Assembly (NCBI GenBank): GCA_019244185.1
Contig: JAFATB010000007.1
Span: 1 to 60,221, forward strand
From: Acidobacteriota bacterium
Lineage (GTDB): Bacteria > Acidobacteriota > Thermoanaerobaculia > Gp7-AA8
DNA: 60,221 nucleotides
Direction of reading: 5' to 3'
The notes under the pieces were generated by a model that saw nothing but the letters and a program-made list of their open reading frames with translations, did no database searches and had not been told where the DNA came from. The translations under genes and the position numbers were made by a program. Positions 13,429-23,298 of the stretch are shown in pieces (within the stretch, counting starts at the first letter, position 1; each line of letters begins with the position of its first letter).

Positions 13429-13809
13429 CTAGGTTCCCGCGGGACGTCCGCGCGGAGACGGCTTGGAGATGTCGATCATCGCCATCCGCTCCTTCTCGTC
13501 GTACCAGCAGTGGAAGCGCTTGATGCCCGGCACGTCGATGTCGTACGAACGGAAGAAGCCCGGCACGTGCAATGAGGTCGACTTTTCGGACTGGCGGATC
13601 TTCGCCGCGCCTTCTTCTTTCTTGTCGAGCGGCTTGATCGCGATGATCTTGCGCTTCTTGTCGTAGTAGAGGTTCGCGCTGGTCTTGCCGCGGAGGCGCA
13701 GCATGTTGGCGACCGGCGAGGGCAGGCGGATCAGGCGCGACTGGACGATCGTCGCCGAAGCGGGAAAGCGCTCGAATTCAGGATGCGGTTCCCACTTTTC
13801 AAAAGCCAT
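13429..13809 (-). CDS. Basic hypothetical protein, probable tandem AbrB/SpoVT-like DNA-binding fold with C-terminal AT-hook-like PRGRP
   Basis: GAGGAG RBS; two internal repeats ending LYYDKKRKIIAI / CWYDEKERMAMI; ends KPSPRGRPAGT. The fold assignment is inference. Confidence 0.7.
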   Translation of the reverse strand: MAFEKWEPHPEFERFPASATIVQSRLIRLPSPVANMLRLRGKTSANLYYDKKRKIIAIKPLDKKEEGAAKIRQSEKSTSLHVPGFFRSYDIDVPGIKRFHCWYDEKERMAMIDISKPSPRGRPAGT

Positions 13810-13853
13810 AACCCGACTCCTCACCCATCACGGACCCTCGGCTACGTACGAAG

Positions 13854-13881
13854 ATCATAAAAACTGGATTCATTTTGTCAA
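13854..13881 (-). promoter_or_regulatory. Near-consensus sigma70 promoter TTGACA-N16-TATGAT
   Basis: Plus strand TGTCAA at 13876-13881 and ATCATA at 13854-13859, within an AT-rich intergenic region. Confidence 0.8.
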
Positions 13882-14079
13882 CAATTAATCGCACGTGTTT
13901 CGCGTTCCGAAAACGAGACAGGGAGGCCCCTTATTCTAAATTATTTGATTTCGTCGCCAAAATCAGCACGCACGGCGCGCCTCCCGGCGCGGCGTCGATT
14001 CGCGGTAAGTTGCTGATGAAACGCGACTTTCCGCCGATGACCGTCACCGAAAAGCTGTACGTTCCGCTACTCTAGAGCC

Positions 14080-15231
14080 GTGGCGGATCTCCCCGAGCCA
14101 ACGCCGATTCCGGCGTGCTTCCGCGATGCGGTCCGGCGGCTCCTGCGCGGCATCCGCACGCCCGCGCCCGCCGGCTGCGGCGAGCTCGACGCCATGCTGC
14201 AGTCGGCGGAGGAGCACGGAATCGAGCCGCTGCTCTACCGCGCGCTCGATGTCGCCGCGTGGCCCGCGCCCGTCGTCGCGCGCTGGCGCCACGCCGCATT
14301 GCGCGCCGCCGCGCTCGAGCCGTTCCGCCTGCGCGATCTGCAGGAGTTGCTGGCCGCGTTCGACGCCGCCGGCATCGACGCGCTCGTGCTGAAAGGGAGC
14401 GCGCTCGCGTACAGCCTCTATCCCGAGCCGCAGCTGCGCCCGCGCGGCGACACCGATCTCCTCATCCGCCGCGACGACCGCGCGCGTGTCGATGCACTGC
14501 TGCGCGAGCGCGGCTTCCGCGCGCGCACGACGAGCGGCGACGAGCTCGCGATGCGCCAGTGCACGTACACGCACGTCGACGGCGCGGGCGCCGAGCACGC
14601 GTACGACGTGCATTGGGATATCGCCAACACGCCGGTCTTCGCGGACGCGCTGCGCTTCGAAGAGCTGCGCGCGCGCGCCATCCCGCTGCCGCAAATCGCA
14701 CCGTACGCGCGCGGACTCTCGACCGTCGACGCGCTGCTCTACGCCTGCATCCACCGCGTCGCGCATCATCACGACAGCGATCGCATCATCTGGCTCGTCG
14801 ACATCGCGCTGCTGCGCGAACGAATGTCGGACGACGAGCGCACACGCTTCTGGCAGCTCGCCGCCGAACGCGAGCTCGTCGCCGTCTGCCGCCGCTCCCT
14901 CGCCGCCGCCGCGGAGTGGCTCGGTGACGATCCGACGTCGAACGACGACGGCGCCGCCGCCGTGCTCACGCCCGCGCAACTCGCGCGCGACGAGCCATCC
15001 GCGCGCTACCTCGATCGCGACGTTCGCAGAGGCTCGCTCCTCGCCGCCGAGCTCCGCGCGCTCCCCGATTGGCGTGCGCGCGCCACGCGACTCGCACACC
15101 TCGCGTTTCCGCCGCGGACGTTCATGCGCGAACAGTTCGGCGCGCGCACGCCGCTGCCGCTGCTCTACGCGTGGCGCGCGCTGCGCGGCGTGGGGCGGCT
15201 GTTCGCACGCGCGGCAACTCGACGCGCGTAA
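14080..15231 (+). CDS. Nucleotidyltransferase family protein (NTP_transf_5-like)
   Basis: LVLKGSALAYSLYPEPQLRPRGDTDLLI, YDVHW, WLVDIALL motifs. Confidence 0.85.
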   Translation: MADLPEPTPIPACFRDAVRRLLRGIRTPAPAGCGELDAMLQSAEEHGIEPLLYRALDVAAWPAPVVARWRHAALRAAALEPFRLRDLQELLAAFDAAGIDALVLKGSALAYSLYPEPQLRPRGDTDLLIRRDDRARVDALLRERGFRARTTSGDELAMRQCTYTHVDGAGAEHAYDVHWDIANTPVFADALRFEELRARAIPLPQIAPYARGLSTVDALLYACIHRVAHHHDSDRIIWLVDIALLRERMSDDERTRFWQLAAERELVAVCRRSLAAAAEWLGDDPTSNDDGAAAVLTPAQLARDEPSARYLDRDVRRGSLLAAELRALPDWRARATRLAHLAFPPRTFMREQFGARTPLPLLYAWRALRGVGRLFARAATRRA

Positions 15232-15261
15232 TCGCGCGTTCGCGGGCCGCCCCCCCCTCCC

Positions 15262-15522
15262 CTACACGAAATACTTCAGCGCCAGCAGCGCGGCCTTCCC
15301 CGCCGTCTGCAGGTTGTCGCGCAGGAACGCGAGCTTCGTGTCGATGTCCGTTTCCTTCTCCACCTCCGCCATCAGGTCGAGGAACGCCTGCTTGTCCGTC
15401 TGTTTGGGCAGAAGCGCGTCGAGCTGGTCGGGCGTGAAGCGGGAGAACGAGGCGATCTGTTTAGCGAGCTGCTTGTTCGTGAGGTCCGCGGCGTTTGCGG
15501 CGGCGTCACTGTAACGTCCCAT
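15262..15522 (-). CDS. Small alpha-helical hypothetical protein (86 aa)
   Basis: GGAGGAG RBS; host-like codon use; co-directional 12 nt downstream of the lipoprotein gene. Confidence 0.8.
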   Translation of the reverse strand: MGRYSDAAANAADLTNKQLAKQIASFSRFTPDQLDALLPKQTDKQAFLDLMAEVEKETDIDTKLAFLRDNLQTAGKAALLALKYFV

Positions 15523-15534
15523 GGTCTCCTCCGA

Positions 15535-16461
15535 TCATTGCGGATTCGCGGGTGGAGCGGCGGGCGGCGGCGTTGGCGCCGGCGTCGAGTTCTGCGCGGA
15601 CCTGCCGGGAAGCTTCGCCAGCGCATTGCGCAGCGTGGTGAGGATATCGTTCGGATCCTTCTTCACGCCGGCGTCGTTGAGCGCAGACGTCACGGTGTCG
15701 CTGAAGCCGGCCAGGCGCATGCGGATCGCGGCGGGGTCGGTGACGCCGACCGCCTGCAGCAGTTGATCCTGCTGCTGCGCGCTGCGGCTCGCGGCCTCGA
15801 GGCGCGCGGTGATCGTCCCCTGCGCGCGCGCGAGCGTCGTGTAGGCGTCGGAGAGCTCGGCGAGCACCTGCTTCTCCGCGGCGTCGATCGGTCCGATCAT
15901 CGCCGCTCTCTGTTTCTCCATCTCCGCGTGCGCGGCTTCGGCGAAGTCGAGGATCAGCAGCGCGGGCTCCGCGGTGCCGAGGAGCGCGGCGGCGTGCGAC
16001 GTCGCCGATTCGACCTTCGCGTCGGGAACGTACTTGCGGATGATCGTGCGCACCGCGTCGGGCTCGGTGGCGCGCGTCTTCGTGAGCGTTGCGGTGATCT
16101 CGTTCGCCAGCTTGTCCGACTCCGACGGATCGGTCAGATACTCCTTCATGGCCACGCTCAGCTCGTTCCGCTTCGCCTCGTCGAACGAAATCGACGCGCG
16201 GAGATCGTCCATGATGCCGGAGATGCCGAGGAGGTTGCGGAGGAACTGCGGCTCCCACGTCTCGCGCAGGAACGTCTCCACGCGGCGGCGCTCGCCGTCG
16301 AAGTACACGCGCACGAGATCCTGATGCAGCTTCGCGAGCTCCGCGCTGCGCGCGCTCGTTTCGGCGGAGAGCTTCACGGACGACGGACCGACCGTCGCGC
16401 AGCCGGCGAGAGAAAACGCGGCGAGGCAGCCGAGCAGCAGCGCCATGCGCTTGCAGAACAT
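15535..16461 (-). CDS. Alpha-helical/coiled-coil lipoprotein of unknown function
   Basis: AAAGGAG RBS; MFCKRMALLLGCLAAFSLAG-C lipobox; long amphipathic helices; Pro-rich tail. Confidence 0.8.
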   Translation of the reverse strand: MFCKRMALLLGCLAAFSLAGCATVGPSSVKLSAETSARSAELAKLHQDLVRVYFDGERRRVETFLRETWEPQFLRNLLGISGIMDDLRASISFDEAKRNELSVAMKEYLTDPSESDKLANEITATLTKTRATEPDAVRTIIRKYVPDAKVESATSHAAALLGTAEPALLILDFAEAAHAEMEKQRAAMIGPIDAAEKQVLAELSDAYTTLARAQGTITARLEAASRSAQQQDQLLQAVGVTDPAAIRMRLAGFSDTVTSALNDAGVKKDPNDILTTLRNALAKLPGRSAQNSTPAPTPPPAAPPANPQ

Positions 16462-16514
16462 CGAGAGCTCCTTTCGCGGACGCCTGACGAGAGCGTTGCC
16501 GGCTATCGTACTCC

Positions 16515-17564
16515 TCACCGGTCCGGGGCGATCTCGATCAAGACGAACGTATTCGGCACGACGGACGGCCGTGGGTGCGGGCGGTCCGCCGTAGGCGCGG
16601 GCGCCGGGCCGAAATCGGCGGTCACGACGAACACGTGTCCGGTCTTGCGGTCGAGCGCCATCGTGCGCGCGCCGCGCTTCGTAGCGACGTTGTCGAGCAC
16701 CTCGTAACGACTGGGGGTGCGCTCGGCGACGACGGTCAGCGTCCCGCTCTCGCCGTTCGCGCTGAACGCGAGCTGGCGCACGTCGTCGAACGCGTTGCCG
16801 TCGACGCCTTCGCCGATCGGCACCGTCGTCACGACGCGGCCCGCGCTCGTGTCGCTCACGGCCATCACCTGGTTGTCGCAGCCGCTGAAGAGGCGGTGGT
16901 GCACGCGATCGAAGGCGAGCCCTGACGGCTCTTCGCACGGCGCGAGCTTCCAGCGGCGTTCGACGCGCAGCGCCTTCGTGTCGATGACGGCGATCTCGCT
17001 CGTGTCTTCGATGTTGACGAAGACGCGCCCCTCGCCGTCCGCCTGCGGGAACTCCGGCTTGCCGCCGAGGTCGAGCGTCGCGAGGACGGTGTTCGTCGTG
17101 GCGTCGAAGACGGTCGTGTTCTTCGTGGCCGCGTTGAATGTGAAGACGCGCTTCGTCGCCGCGTCGTAGAGGATCGCGTCGGGACGCTCGCCGCTCGTCT
17201 TCACCTCATCTAGCGTGCGCAGCGAGTCGAGGTCGAAGATGGTCATCGTCGACGTGCGCCCGTTGCTGATGAAGCCGCGGTGGAGGTCCGGGGCGAGGGC
17301 GATGCCGTGCACGCCTTCGGTCTTCGGGATCGTGCCGATCACCTTCCCGCTGTCCTCGTCGACGACGTCGACCTCGGTCGCGTGCGAGACGTACACGCGC
17401 CGCGCGTCGGCATCGACGGTGAGGTAATCCCAGCCGCCTTCGCCGCCGATCGGAATCTGCCGCACGACGCGGTAATGCGGCGCGTTGCCGGTCGGCTTCA
17501 TTGCGCACGCGGAGAGAACGAGAACGACGGCAACAGTGATGGCGACGGCGGATGTGAGTCTCAT
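16515..17564 (-). CDS. YncE-family (YVTN-like) beta-propeller lipoprotein
   Basis: VLSA-C lipobox; GGEGGWDYL, GVHGIALAP, PDAILYD, CEEPSGLA, GARTMALD; ATGA overlap with the RND gene. Confidence 0.88.
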   Translation of the reverse strand: MRLTSAVAITVAVVLVLSACAMKPTGNAPHYRVVRQIPIGGEGGWDYLTVDADARRVYVSHATEVDVVDEDSGKVIGTIPKTEGVHGIALAPDLHRGFISNGRTSTMTIFDLDSLRTLDEVKTSGERPDAILYDAATKRVFTFNAATKNTTVFDATTNTVLATLDLGGKPEFPQADGEGRVFVNIEDTSEIAVIDTKALRVERRWKLAPCEEPSGLAFDRVHHRLFSGCDNQVMAVSDTSAGRVVTTVPIGEGVDGNAFDDVRQLAFSANGESGTLTVVAERTPSRYEVLDNVATKRGARTMALDRKTGHVFVVTADFGPAPAPTADRPHPRPSVVPNTFVLIEIAPDR

Positions 17565-20500
17565 GAACGACGCTCCTTCCGAATCATGGCGTAGACGCTC
17601 GGAGTGACGACGAGAGAGAGCAGCAGCGCGAACGCGAGGCCGCCGATGACGGCGATGGCGAGCGGCTGCAGCAGCTCTGCGCCCGAGCCGAGGGCGAGTG
17701 CGAGAGGGCTCATGCCGAGCATCGCCGCGAGCGACGTCATGAGCACGGGGCGGAAGCGGCGGCGGCCGGAGCGCACGAGCGCGGCGTGGAGATCGTCGCC
17801 GGCGGCGAGATGGTCTTCGACGGTGTCGAGCATGAGGATGCCGTTCTTCGCCACGATGCCGACGATCATGATCATCCCCATCAGCGAGACGACGTTCAGC
17901 GTCGTGCCGGTGACGAGCAGCGCGAGCAGCGTTCCGGTGAGCGCGAGCACGGCGCCGGTGACGATGGCGATCGGATGCGCGAACGAGCGGAACTCGACGA
18001 GCAGCACGAGGAACACGAGCGCGACGGCGAGCAGCAGCGTGAACGCGAGCTCGCGGAAGCTCGACTGCTGTTCTTGATAGAGCCCGCCGTACTCGAGCGA
18101 CATGCCGGCGGGGAGATGCACGTCCTTCGCGAGCTGGCCGCGGATCTTCGCGATCGCGCTGCCGAGGTCGGAGCCTTCGAGGCGCGCGGTCACGGCGATC
18201 GACTGCCGCAGGCCGTCGCGATCGATCTCGGTCTGGCCGGGGTCGTACTCGATCGTCGCGAGCTGGTCGACGCGCACGAAGCCGTTCGTCACCGGCGAAT
18301 GGATGCGCAGCGCGCGCACGGCGTCGAGCGACTGGCGATACGCGGGCGGCAGCAGCACGCGCACGTTCACGGCGACGCCGCGTTCGAGGATCGACGACGC
18401 GGTGGTGCCGCCGAGCGCCGCCTCGATCGTGTTCGTCACGTCCGCCGCGGTCACGCCGTACGTCGCCGCGCGCAGCGGATCGACGCGGAACGTGATCGCG
18501 GGACCGCTCACCACGATGCCGTCGAACACCTCGACGACTCCGTCGACCTTCGCGATCGACGCGGCGACGGCGCGCGCGGTGCGTTGCAGCGCGTTCTGGT
18601 CTTCGCTGTAGAGGCGGATCTCGATCGGCGACGGCGAGCTCGCGAGATCGCCGATCAGATCGCTGAGGATGCCGATGAACTCGACGCGCAGCGCGGGCTC
18701 GGTCGACTCGATCTTCTGCCGCAGCTCCCCCATCACGACTTCCGGATCGCGATGTTCCGGTTTGAGCTTCACGGCGAAGTCGCCGGTGTTCGGCTCCGTG
18801 ACGCCGGCCAGTCCGAGCTGCATGCCGGTGCGGCGGGAGAAGCTCTCGACGTCGGGCGTCGCGCGCAGGAGCCGCTCGACGTGCAGCAGAATGCGGTCCG
18901 TCTCGGCGAGCGACGCGCCGGCGGGCGCGGTGTAGTCGAGGATGAAACCGCCCTCGTCGAACTCCGGCAGGAACTCGCTGCCGAGCATGCGGTAGATCAC
19001 GTACGCGAGGACGAGGAGCGCGACGATCAGCACCAGCACCGCGCGCGTGTGGCGCAGCGCGAGCTCGAGCAGGCGCTCGTAGCCGCCGATGGCGCGCCGC
19101 AGAATCGGACCGTTCTCGTCGTGCGTAGCGTGCGCGGCCTTCGCGTTCGTCGTCACGAAGCGCCGCGCGAGCACCGGCGTGAAGAACAGCGCCAGCACGA
19201 GTGACGTCAACAGCGCCACGGCCATCGTCAGCGCAAGCGAACGAAAGAACACGCCGGTGACGCCGGTGAGCAGCGACAGCGGCAGGAACACGACAACCGG
19301 CGTGATCGTGGAGAAGACGATCGGTCCGGTGATCTCGTTCATCGCCAGGCGCACCGCGTCGGCGCGCGACGCGCCCGCCGCCGCATGCGCGTAGATGTTC
19401 TCCACGACGACGATCGCGTCGTCGATGACGAGGCCGATGGCGGCGGCGACGCCGCCGAGCGTCATGAGATCGAACGTGAGGCCGATCAGCCACATCGCCA
19501 GCATCGTCACGAGGATCGTCACCGGGATGACCACGGTCGCGACGAGCGTCGTGCCCCAGCTGCGCAGGAAGCCGTAGAGGATCAGGACCGACAGCACGAG
19601 GCCGATGAGGATCGCGTCGCGCACCGAGCCGACGGCGCCGCGCACGAGCAGCGACTGGTCGTAGTACGGCGTCACGTGCACGTCGCGCGGAAGCCGGCGT
19701 TCGAGCGCGGTGAGCTGCTGCTTGAGCGTGTCCGCCACCGCGACGGTATTCGCCGTCGGCTGCCGCAGCACGTTGACGAGCACCGCCGGCTGGCCGTCGG
19801 CGGTGACGATCGTGTAGCGCGGCTCGAAGCCGGGACCGAGGGTCGCGACGTCGGAGAGCAGCACCGGCACGCCGCCGACGTTGCCGACCACGATGCGCCC
19901 GAGGTCGTCGAGCGTTTGCGCCTGGCCGCTCACGAGCGCGAGCTCGAGCTGATGGTTCTCCTCGATGAGGCCGGGCGACTCGATGACGTTCGTCGTCTGC
20001 AGCGCGTCGACGGCCTGCGACACGGTGAGGCCGCGCGCCTCGAGTCGCACGGGATCGAGCGTGGCGTGGTACTCGTGCACCTCGCCTCCCTGCACGTCGA
20101 CGCTGGCGACGCCGGGAACGCGCGCGAGCGGCGGACGGAGCACGAGCTCGGCGAGCGCGCGCAGCGTGCCGGGGTCGCGTTGCGTCGAGGTGACGGAGTA
20201 TCCGAGGATCGGGAAGACCGCGAACGTGAGCCGCTCGACGCGCTTGATGCTCGCGGCCGGCGGCAGCGACGTCGCCATGCGGGAGAGCCGCGCCTGCACG
20301 ATCTGCAGCGTTTGCTCGACGTCGATGCGCCAGTCGAAGAAGAGATCGATCTCCGTCGCGCCGCGGCTCGTTACGGAGCGGATGTGCGCGATGCCGGGGA
20401 TGCCGCTCATCGCCTCCTCGACCGGGCGCGTGACGGTGACGAGCATCTGCGGCGCCGGCACCTCGCCGTTCTCGATGACGATGATGATGCGCGGGAAGTC

Positions 20501-20617
20501 GGTCGTCGGAAACAGCGACAGCGGCACGCGCGTCATGCCCACGAGGCCGCCGATGGCGAGCAGCACGATCACGACGACGATCGCGCGCCACTGCGTCTCG
20601 ACGAGGTGCGCGATCAT
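17561..20617 (-). CDS. RND efflux permease (AcrB/CusA family)
   Basis: LFPTTDFPRI, GLVIDDAIVVVENI, FLPEFDEG, GIVAKNGIL, RFRPVLMT; start at MIAHLVE. Confidence 0.95.
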   Translation of the reverse strand: MIAHLVETQWRAIVVVIVLLAIGGLVGMTRVPLSLFPTTDFPRIIIVIENGEVPAPQMLVTVTRPVEEAMSGIPGIAHIRSVTSRGATEIDLFFDWRIDVEQTLQIVQARLSRMATSLPPAASIKRVERLTFAVFPILGYSVTSTQRDPGTLRALAELVLRPPLARVPGVASVDVQGGEVHEYHATLDPVRLEARGLTVSQAVDALQTTNVIESPGLIEENHQLELALVSGQAQTLDDLGRIVVGNVGGVPVLLSDVATLGPGFEPRYTIVTADGQPAVLVNVLRQPTANTVAVADTLKQQLTALERRLPRDVHVTPYYDQSLLVRGAVGSVRDAILIGLVLSVLILYGFLRSWGTTLVATVVIPVTILVTMLAMWLIGLTFDLMTLGGVAAAIGLVIDDAIVVVENIYAHAAAGASRADAVRLAMNEITGPIVFSTITPVVVFLPLSLLTGVTGVFFRSLALTMAVALLTSLVLALFFTPVLARRFVTTNAKAAHATHDENGPILRRAIGGYERLLELALRHTRAVLVLIVALLVLAYVIYRMLGSEFLPEFDEGGFILDYTAPAGASLAETDRILLHVERLLRATPDVESFSRRTGMQLGLAGVTEPNTGDFAVKLKPEHRDPEVVMGELRQKIESTEPALRVEFIGILSDLIGDLASSPSPIEIRLYSEDQNALQRTARAVAASIAKVDGVVEVFDGIVVSGPAITFRVDPLRAATYGVTAADVTNTIEAALGGTTASSILERGVAVNVRVLLPPAYRQSLDAVRALRIHSPVTNGFVRVDQLATIEYDPGQTEIDRDGLRQSIAVTARLEGSDLGSAIAKIRGQLAKDVHLPAGMSLEYGGLYQEQQSSFRELAFTLLLAVALVFLVLLVEFRSFAHPIAIVTGAVLALTGTLLALLVTGTTLNVVSLMGMIMIVGIVAKNGILMLDTVEDHLAAGDDLHAALVRSGRRRFRPVLMTSLAAMLGMSPLALALGSGAELLQPLAIAVIGGLAFALLLSLVVTPSVYAMIRKERRS

Positions 20618-21939
20618 TCGCCGCGCGGCTCCGCGGCGGGACTGCTGTCGACGAGCGTCACCTTCGTGCCGTCGGGAAGTCCGTAGTTCCCTTCCGTGAC
20701 GACGGTCTCGCCGCCGGCGAGTCCCGAGACGATCTGCGTGCGTCCGCCGCTGCGGATGCCGGTCGTGACGTGCACCTCGTGCGCGACCGACTGCGCGTCG
20801 ACGACCATCACCGTGCCGCGGTTGCCGTTCGTCGCGTCGAGCGTGACGGCGGACGACGGCACGACCACGGCGCCGGGCGTCGCCTGCGCGGAGATGACGA
20901 CGCGCGCGGCGCCGTTCGCGCGCAGCGCGCCGCTCGGATTCGGCACCGTCACCCACACTTCGACGCCGCGGCTCTGCGCGTCGGCGCCGCGGCCGACGAG
21001 CGAGACGCGGCCGTCGATCGTCACGTCGGGACGCTCGTCGGCGATGACGCGCACGACGTCGCCCGGCTTCAGCGTCGCCGCGACCGCTTCGCCGACTTCC
21101 GCTTTCGCGATGAGCGTCGACGGATCGGCGATCGTCAGCAGCTTCGTGCCGGGCGACGCGAAGTCGCCCTGATGCTGGAACTGCTCGGTGACGACGCCGG
21201 CGAACGGCGCGCGAACCACCGCGTAACCGAGCTGCGCGTCGAGGCTCGCGAGCCGCTCGCGCGCCTGTTGTTCCTTTGCACGCGCAACCGTGACGTCGCC
21301 CGGATTCGTGACCCGGCCGTGCAGCGATGCCGCGGTCTCGGCGAGCCGTAGATCGTCTTCCGCGTTCGTCACCGCGAGCTCCGACGCCTCGAGATCTTTT
21401 TTCGAGATGCCGCCGTCGTCGAACAGCTTGCGCCGCCGCTCCAGTGTTTTGCGCGCGTTGTCGAGCGCCGCCTGCGCGTCGCGCACGCTCTTGCGATCTT
21501 CCGCACTGGTGAGCGGCACACTCCCCTCGACCGTCGTCCGCGACGTGGCCGCGCTCTCGCGCAACGCCGCCTCGGCTTCCGCGCGCTGCGCCGCGAGATC
21601 GCGCGACTCGAGCACCGCCAGCACCTCCCCCGCGGCGACGCCGCGGTTGACGAGCTGCCCCATCGCGCGGATCGGCGCGGCGATCTTCGGCGTGACGTCC
21701 GCCTGATTGCGCGGGACGAGCGTGGCGACGGTGGTGAGCTCGTTCGCGATCGTGGTCTGCTCCGCCTTCGCGACGCGCACGCTGACCACGACCGCTGTTT
21801 CTTCTTCGTCCGGCACCGCGCGGCAGCCGCGCCAGAGCAGCAGCGCGATCGCGAACGCAACGAGGACCGCGATTGCAACGAGTCTCCGCCGGTCGCGCCA
21901 CCACGCGCGGTTCGTCGCATCTTCGCGAAGTTCCGTCAT
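20614..21939 (-). CDS. RND efflux periplasmic adaptor (MFP)
   Basis: N-terminal TM, lipoyl halves (VRAPFAGVV), coiled coil, VVVPSSAV, SGLAGGETVVTEG. Confidence 0.93.
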   Translation of the reverse strand: MTELREDATNRAWWRDRRRLVAIAVLVAFAIALLLWRGCRAVPDEEETAVVVSVRVAKAEQTTIANELTTVATLVPRNQADVTPKIAAPIRAMGQLVNRGVAAGEVLAVLESRDLAAQRAEAEAALRESAATSRTTVEGSVPLTSAEDRKSVRDAQAALDNARKTLERRRKLFDDGGISKKDLEASELAVTNAEDDLRLAETAASLHGRVTNPGDVTVARAKEQQARERLASLDAQLGYAVVRAPFAGVVTEQFQHQGDFASPGTKLLTIADPSTLIAKAEVGEAVAATLKPGDVVRVIADERPDVTIDGRVSLVGRGADAQSRGVEVWVTVPNPSGALRANGAARVVISAQATPGAVVVPSSAVTLDATNGNRGTVMVVDAQSVAHEVHVTTGIRSGGRTQIVSGLAGGETVVTEGNYGLPDGTKVTLVDSSPAAEPRGE

Positions 21940-23234
21940 TCCCCTGCCGCCTCCCGTAAATGCGCGAGCGCGAGCTGCCAGTCGAACAGCGCCTGCTGTA
22001 ACGTCAGCCGCTGCTGCGCGCGCGTGGTCTGCGCGTCCGTGGCCTCGGAGATCGGCGCCTCGCCCGCGCGGTAGCGCGCGACCGAGATCGTGACGTTGCG
22101 CTCCGCATCCGCCAGCGCCTGCCGCGCGTTGTCGACGCGCGCCGCCGCCGTCACCGCTTCCTCGCGCGCCGTCGCATACTCGACATACAAGCCGCGCGAC
22201 GTCAGCTCGCGCTGCGCCTCCGCGGCTCTCCGCGCGAGCTGCGCCTCGCGGATCTTGCTCGCCGTGATGCCCCAGTCGAACAGCGGCACGTCGACGAGCG
22301 CGGTGGCCAGCGTGCCGCGATGCTGCTTCAGCGCATCGGCCAGCAGCGAGTCGGAGTCGAAGCCGCGGTCGAGCGAGTACGTGATGCGCGGCAGCAGCTC
22401 GCCGCGCGCGACGCCGACGCCCGCGCGCGCCGCCTGCAGCTGCGCGTTCGCCTGCACGAGCTCCGGACGCCGCGCGACACCGGCGGGCGTGAACGTCTCC
22501 AGCACGCTTGCATCGATCGTCTGCGGCAGCGGCTCGATCGACGGCGCCGTGGAAACGTCCGCGCCGAGGAGCGTCGCGAGGCCGACGTTGGCCACGGCTT
22601 CGGCTTCGCGCGCCTGCAGCACGTCATCGCGCCGCGCCGCGGTCTGCAGCCGCGCGCGGATCCAGTCGACCTCCGGCACCTCGCCCGCGTCGAAGTTGAG
22701 CCGCGTTACGCGCTCGAACTCCTCCGCCGCCGCGAGACTTTGCTCCGCGGCCGCGCGTTTCGCGTGCGCCAGCGCGGCCCCGTAATACCCCTCGGTCACG
22801 CCGCGCGCGAGCGCAAGCCGCGCGATGGTCGTGCCGGCGCGCGCGGCGTCGAGCAGCGCACGCGCGCGGCGCATCGTCGCCAGCGTCGCGATGCCGAACT
22901 CCCCCGCGACGCCGGTGAGGTTCTGATACTCGTGCACCGCGTTCGCGGCAATGAAGCTCGGCACGTCCGGCGGCCCGCCGCGCTCGTGCGAGTTGTAGGT
23001 GATCGTGAACTCGTCGCGGATGCGCGGCAGCAGCGCCGCGCGCGCCTGGCGCAACTCCTCCGCCGCCGTCGCCTCGTCGAGCTCCGCCTGCCGCAGCGCG
23101 GAGACCTGCTGCAACGCCGCCGACTGCGCCGCGGCGAGCGAGAGCGGCGCGGGCGCGGGCGGGGGTTCCTGCGCGACGACCGTCGTCGCGAGCGCCGCCA
23201 TCACCATCGCCGCCAGTGCGAGGCCGTTCCTCAT
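21936..23234 (-). CDS. TolC-family outer-membrane efflux protein
   Basis: Signal peptide; LLPRI, RRPEL, VPLFDWG, RYRAGE motifs; first gene of the RND operon. Confidence 0.92.
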   Translation of the reverse strand: MRNGLALAAMVMAALATTVVAQEPPPAPAPLSLAAAQSAALQQVSALRQAELDEATAAEELRQARAALLPRIRDEFTITYNSHERGGPPDVPSFIAANAVHEYQNLTGVAGEFGIATLATMRRARALLDAARAGTTIARLALARGVTEGYYGAALAHAKRAAAEQSLAAAEEFERVTRLNFDAGEVPEVDWIRARLQTAARRDDVLQAREAEAVANVGLATLLGADVSTAPSIEPLPQTIDASVLETFTPAGVARRPELVQANAQLQAARAGVGVARGELLPRITYSLDRGFDSDSLLADALKQHRGTLATALVDVPLFDWGITASKIREAQLARRAAEAQRELTSRGLYVEYATAREEAVTAAARVDNARQALADAERNVTISVARYRAGEAPISEATDAQTTRAQQRLTLQQALFDWQLALAHLREAAGE

Positions 23235-23298
23235 CTTCGCGGCGTCATCGTGCCCGCTCGTTCCTAAACGGAACATGAACGCGCCTTACGATGTACGC

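Noticed and set aside
13960-14075. Lasso-peptide precursor or riboswitch upstream of the nucleotidyltransferase
   Set aside because: No small ORF with a YxxP/T(-2)G pattern and no riboswitch consensus that I can recognise.
16515-21904. Apparent giant fusion ORFs of 1358 aa and 1447 aa
   Set aside because: The N-terminal parts are out-of-frame shadows; true starts are at ATGA overlaps (17564 and 20617). The same applies to 25286-27262, 28058-30874 and 52824-53780.
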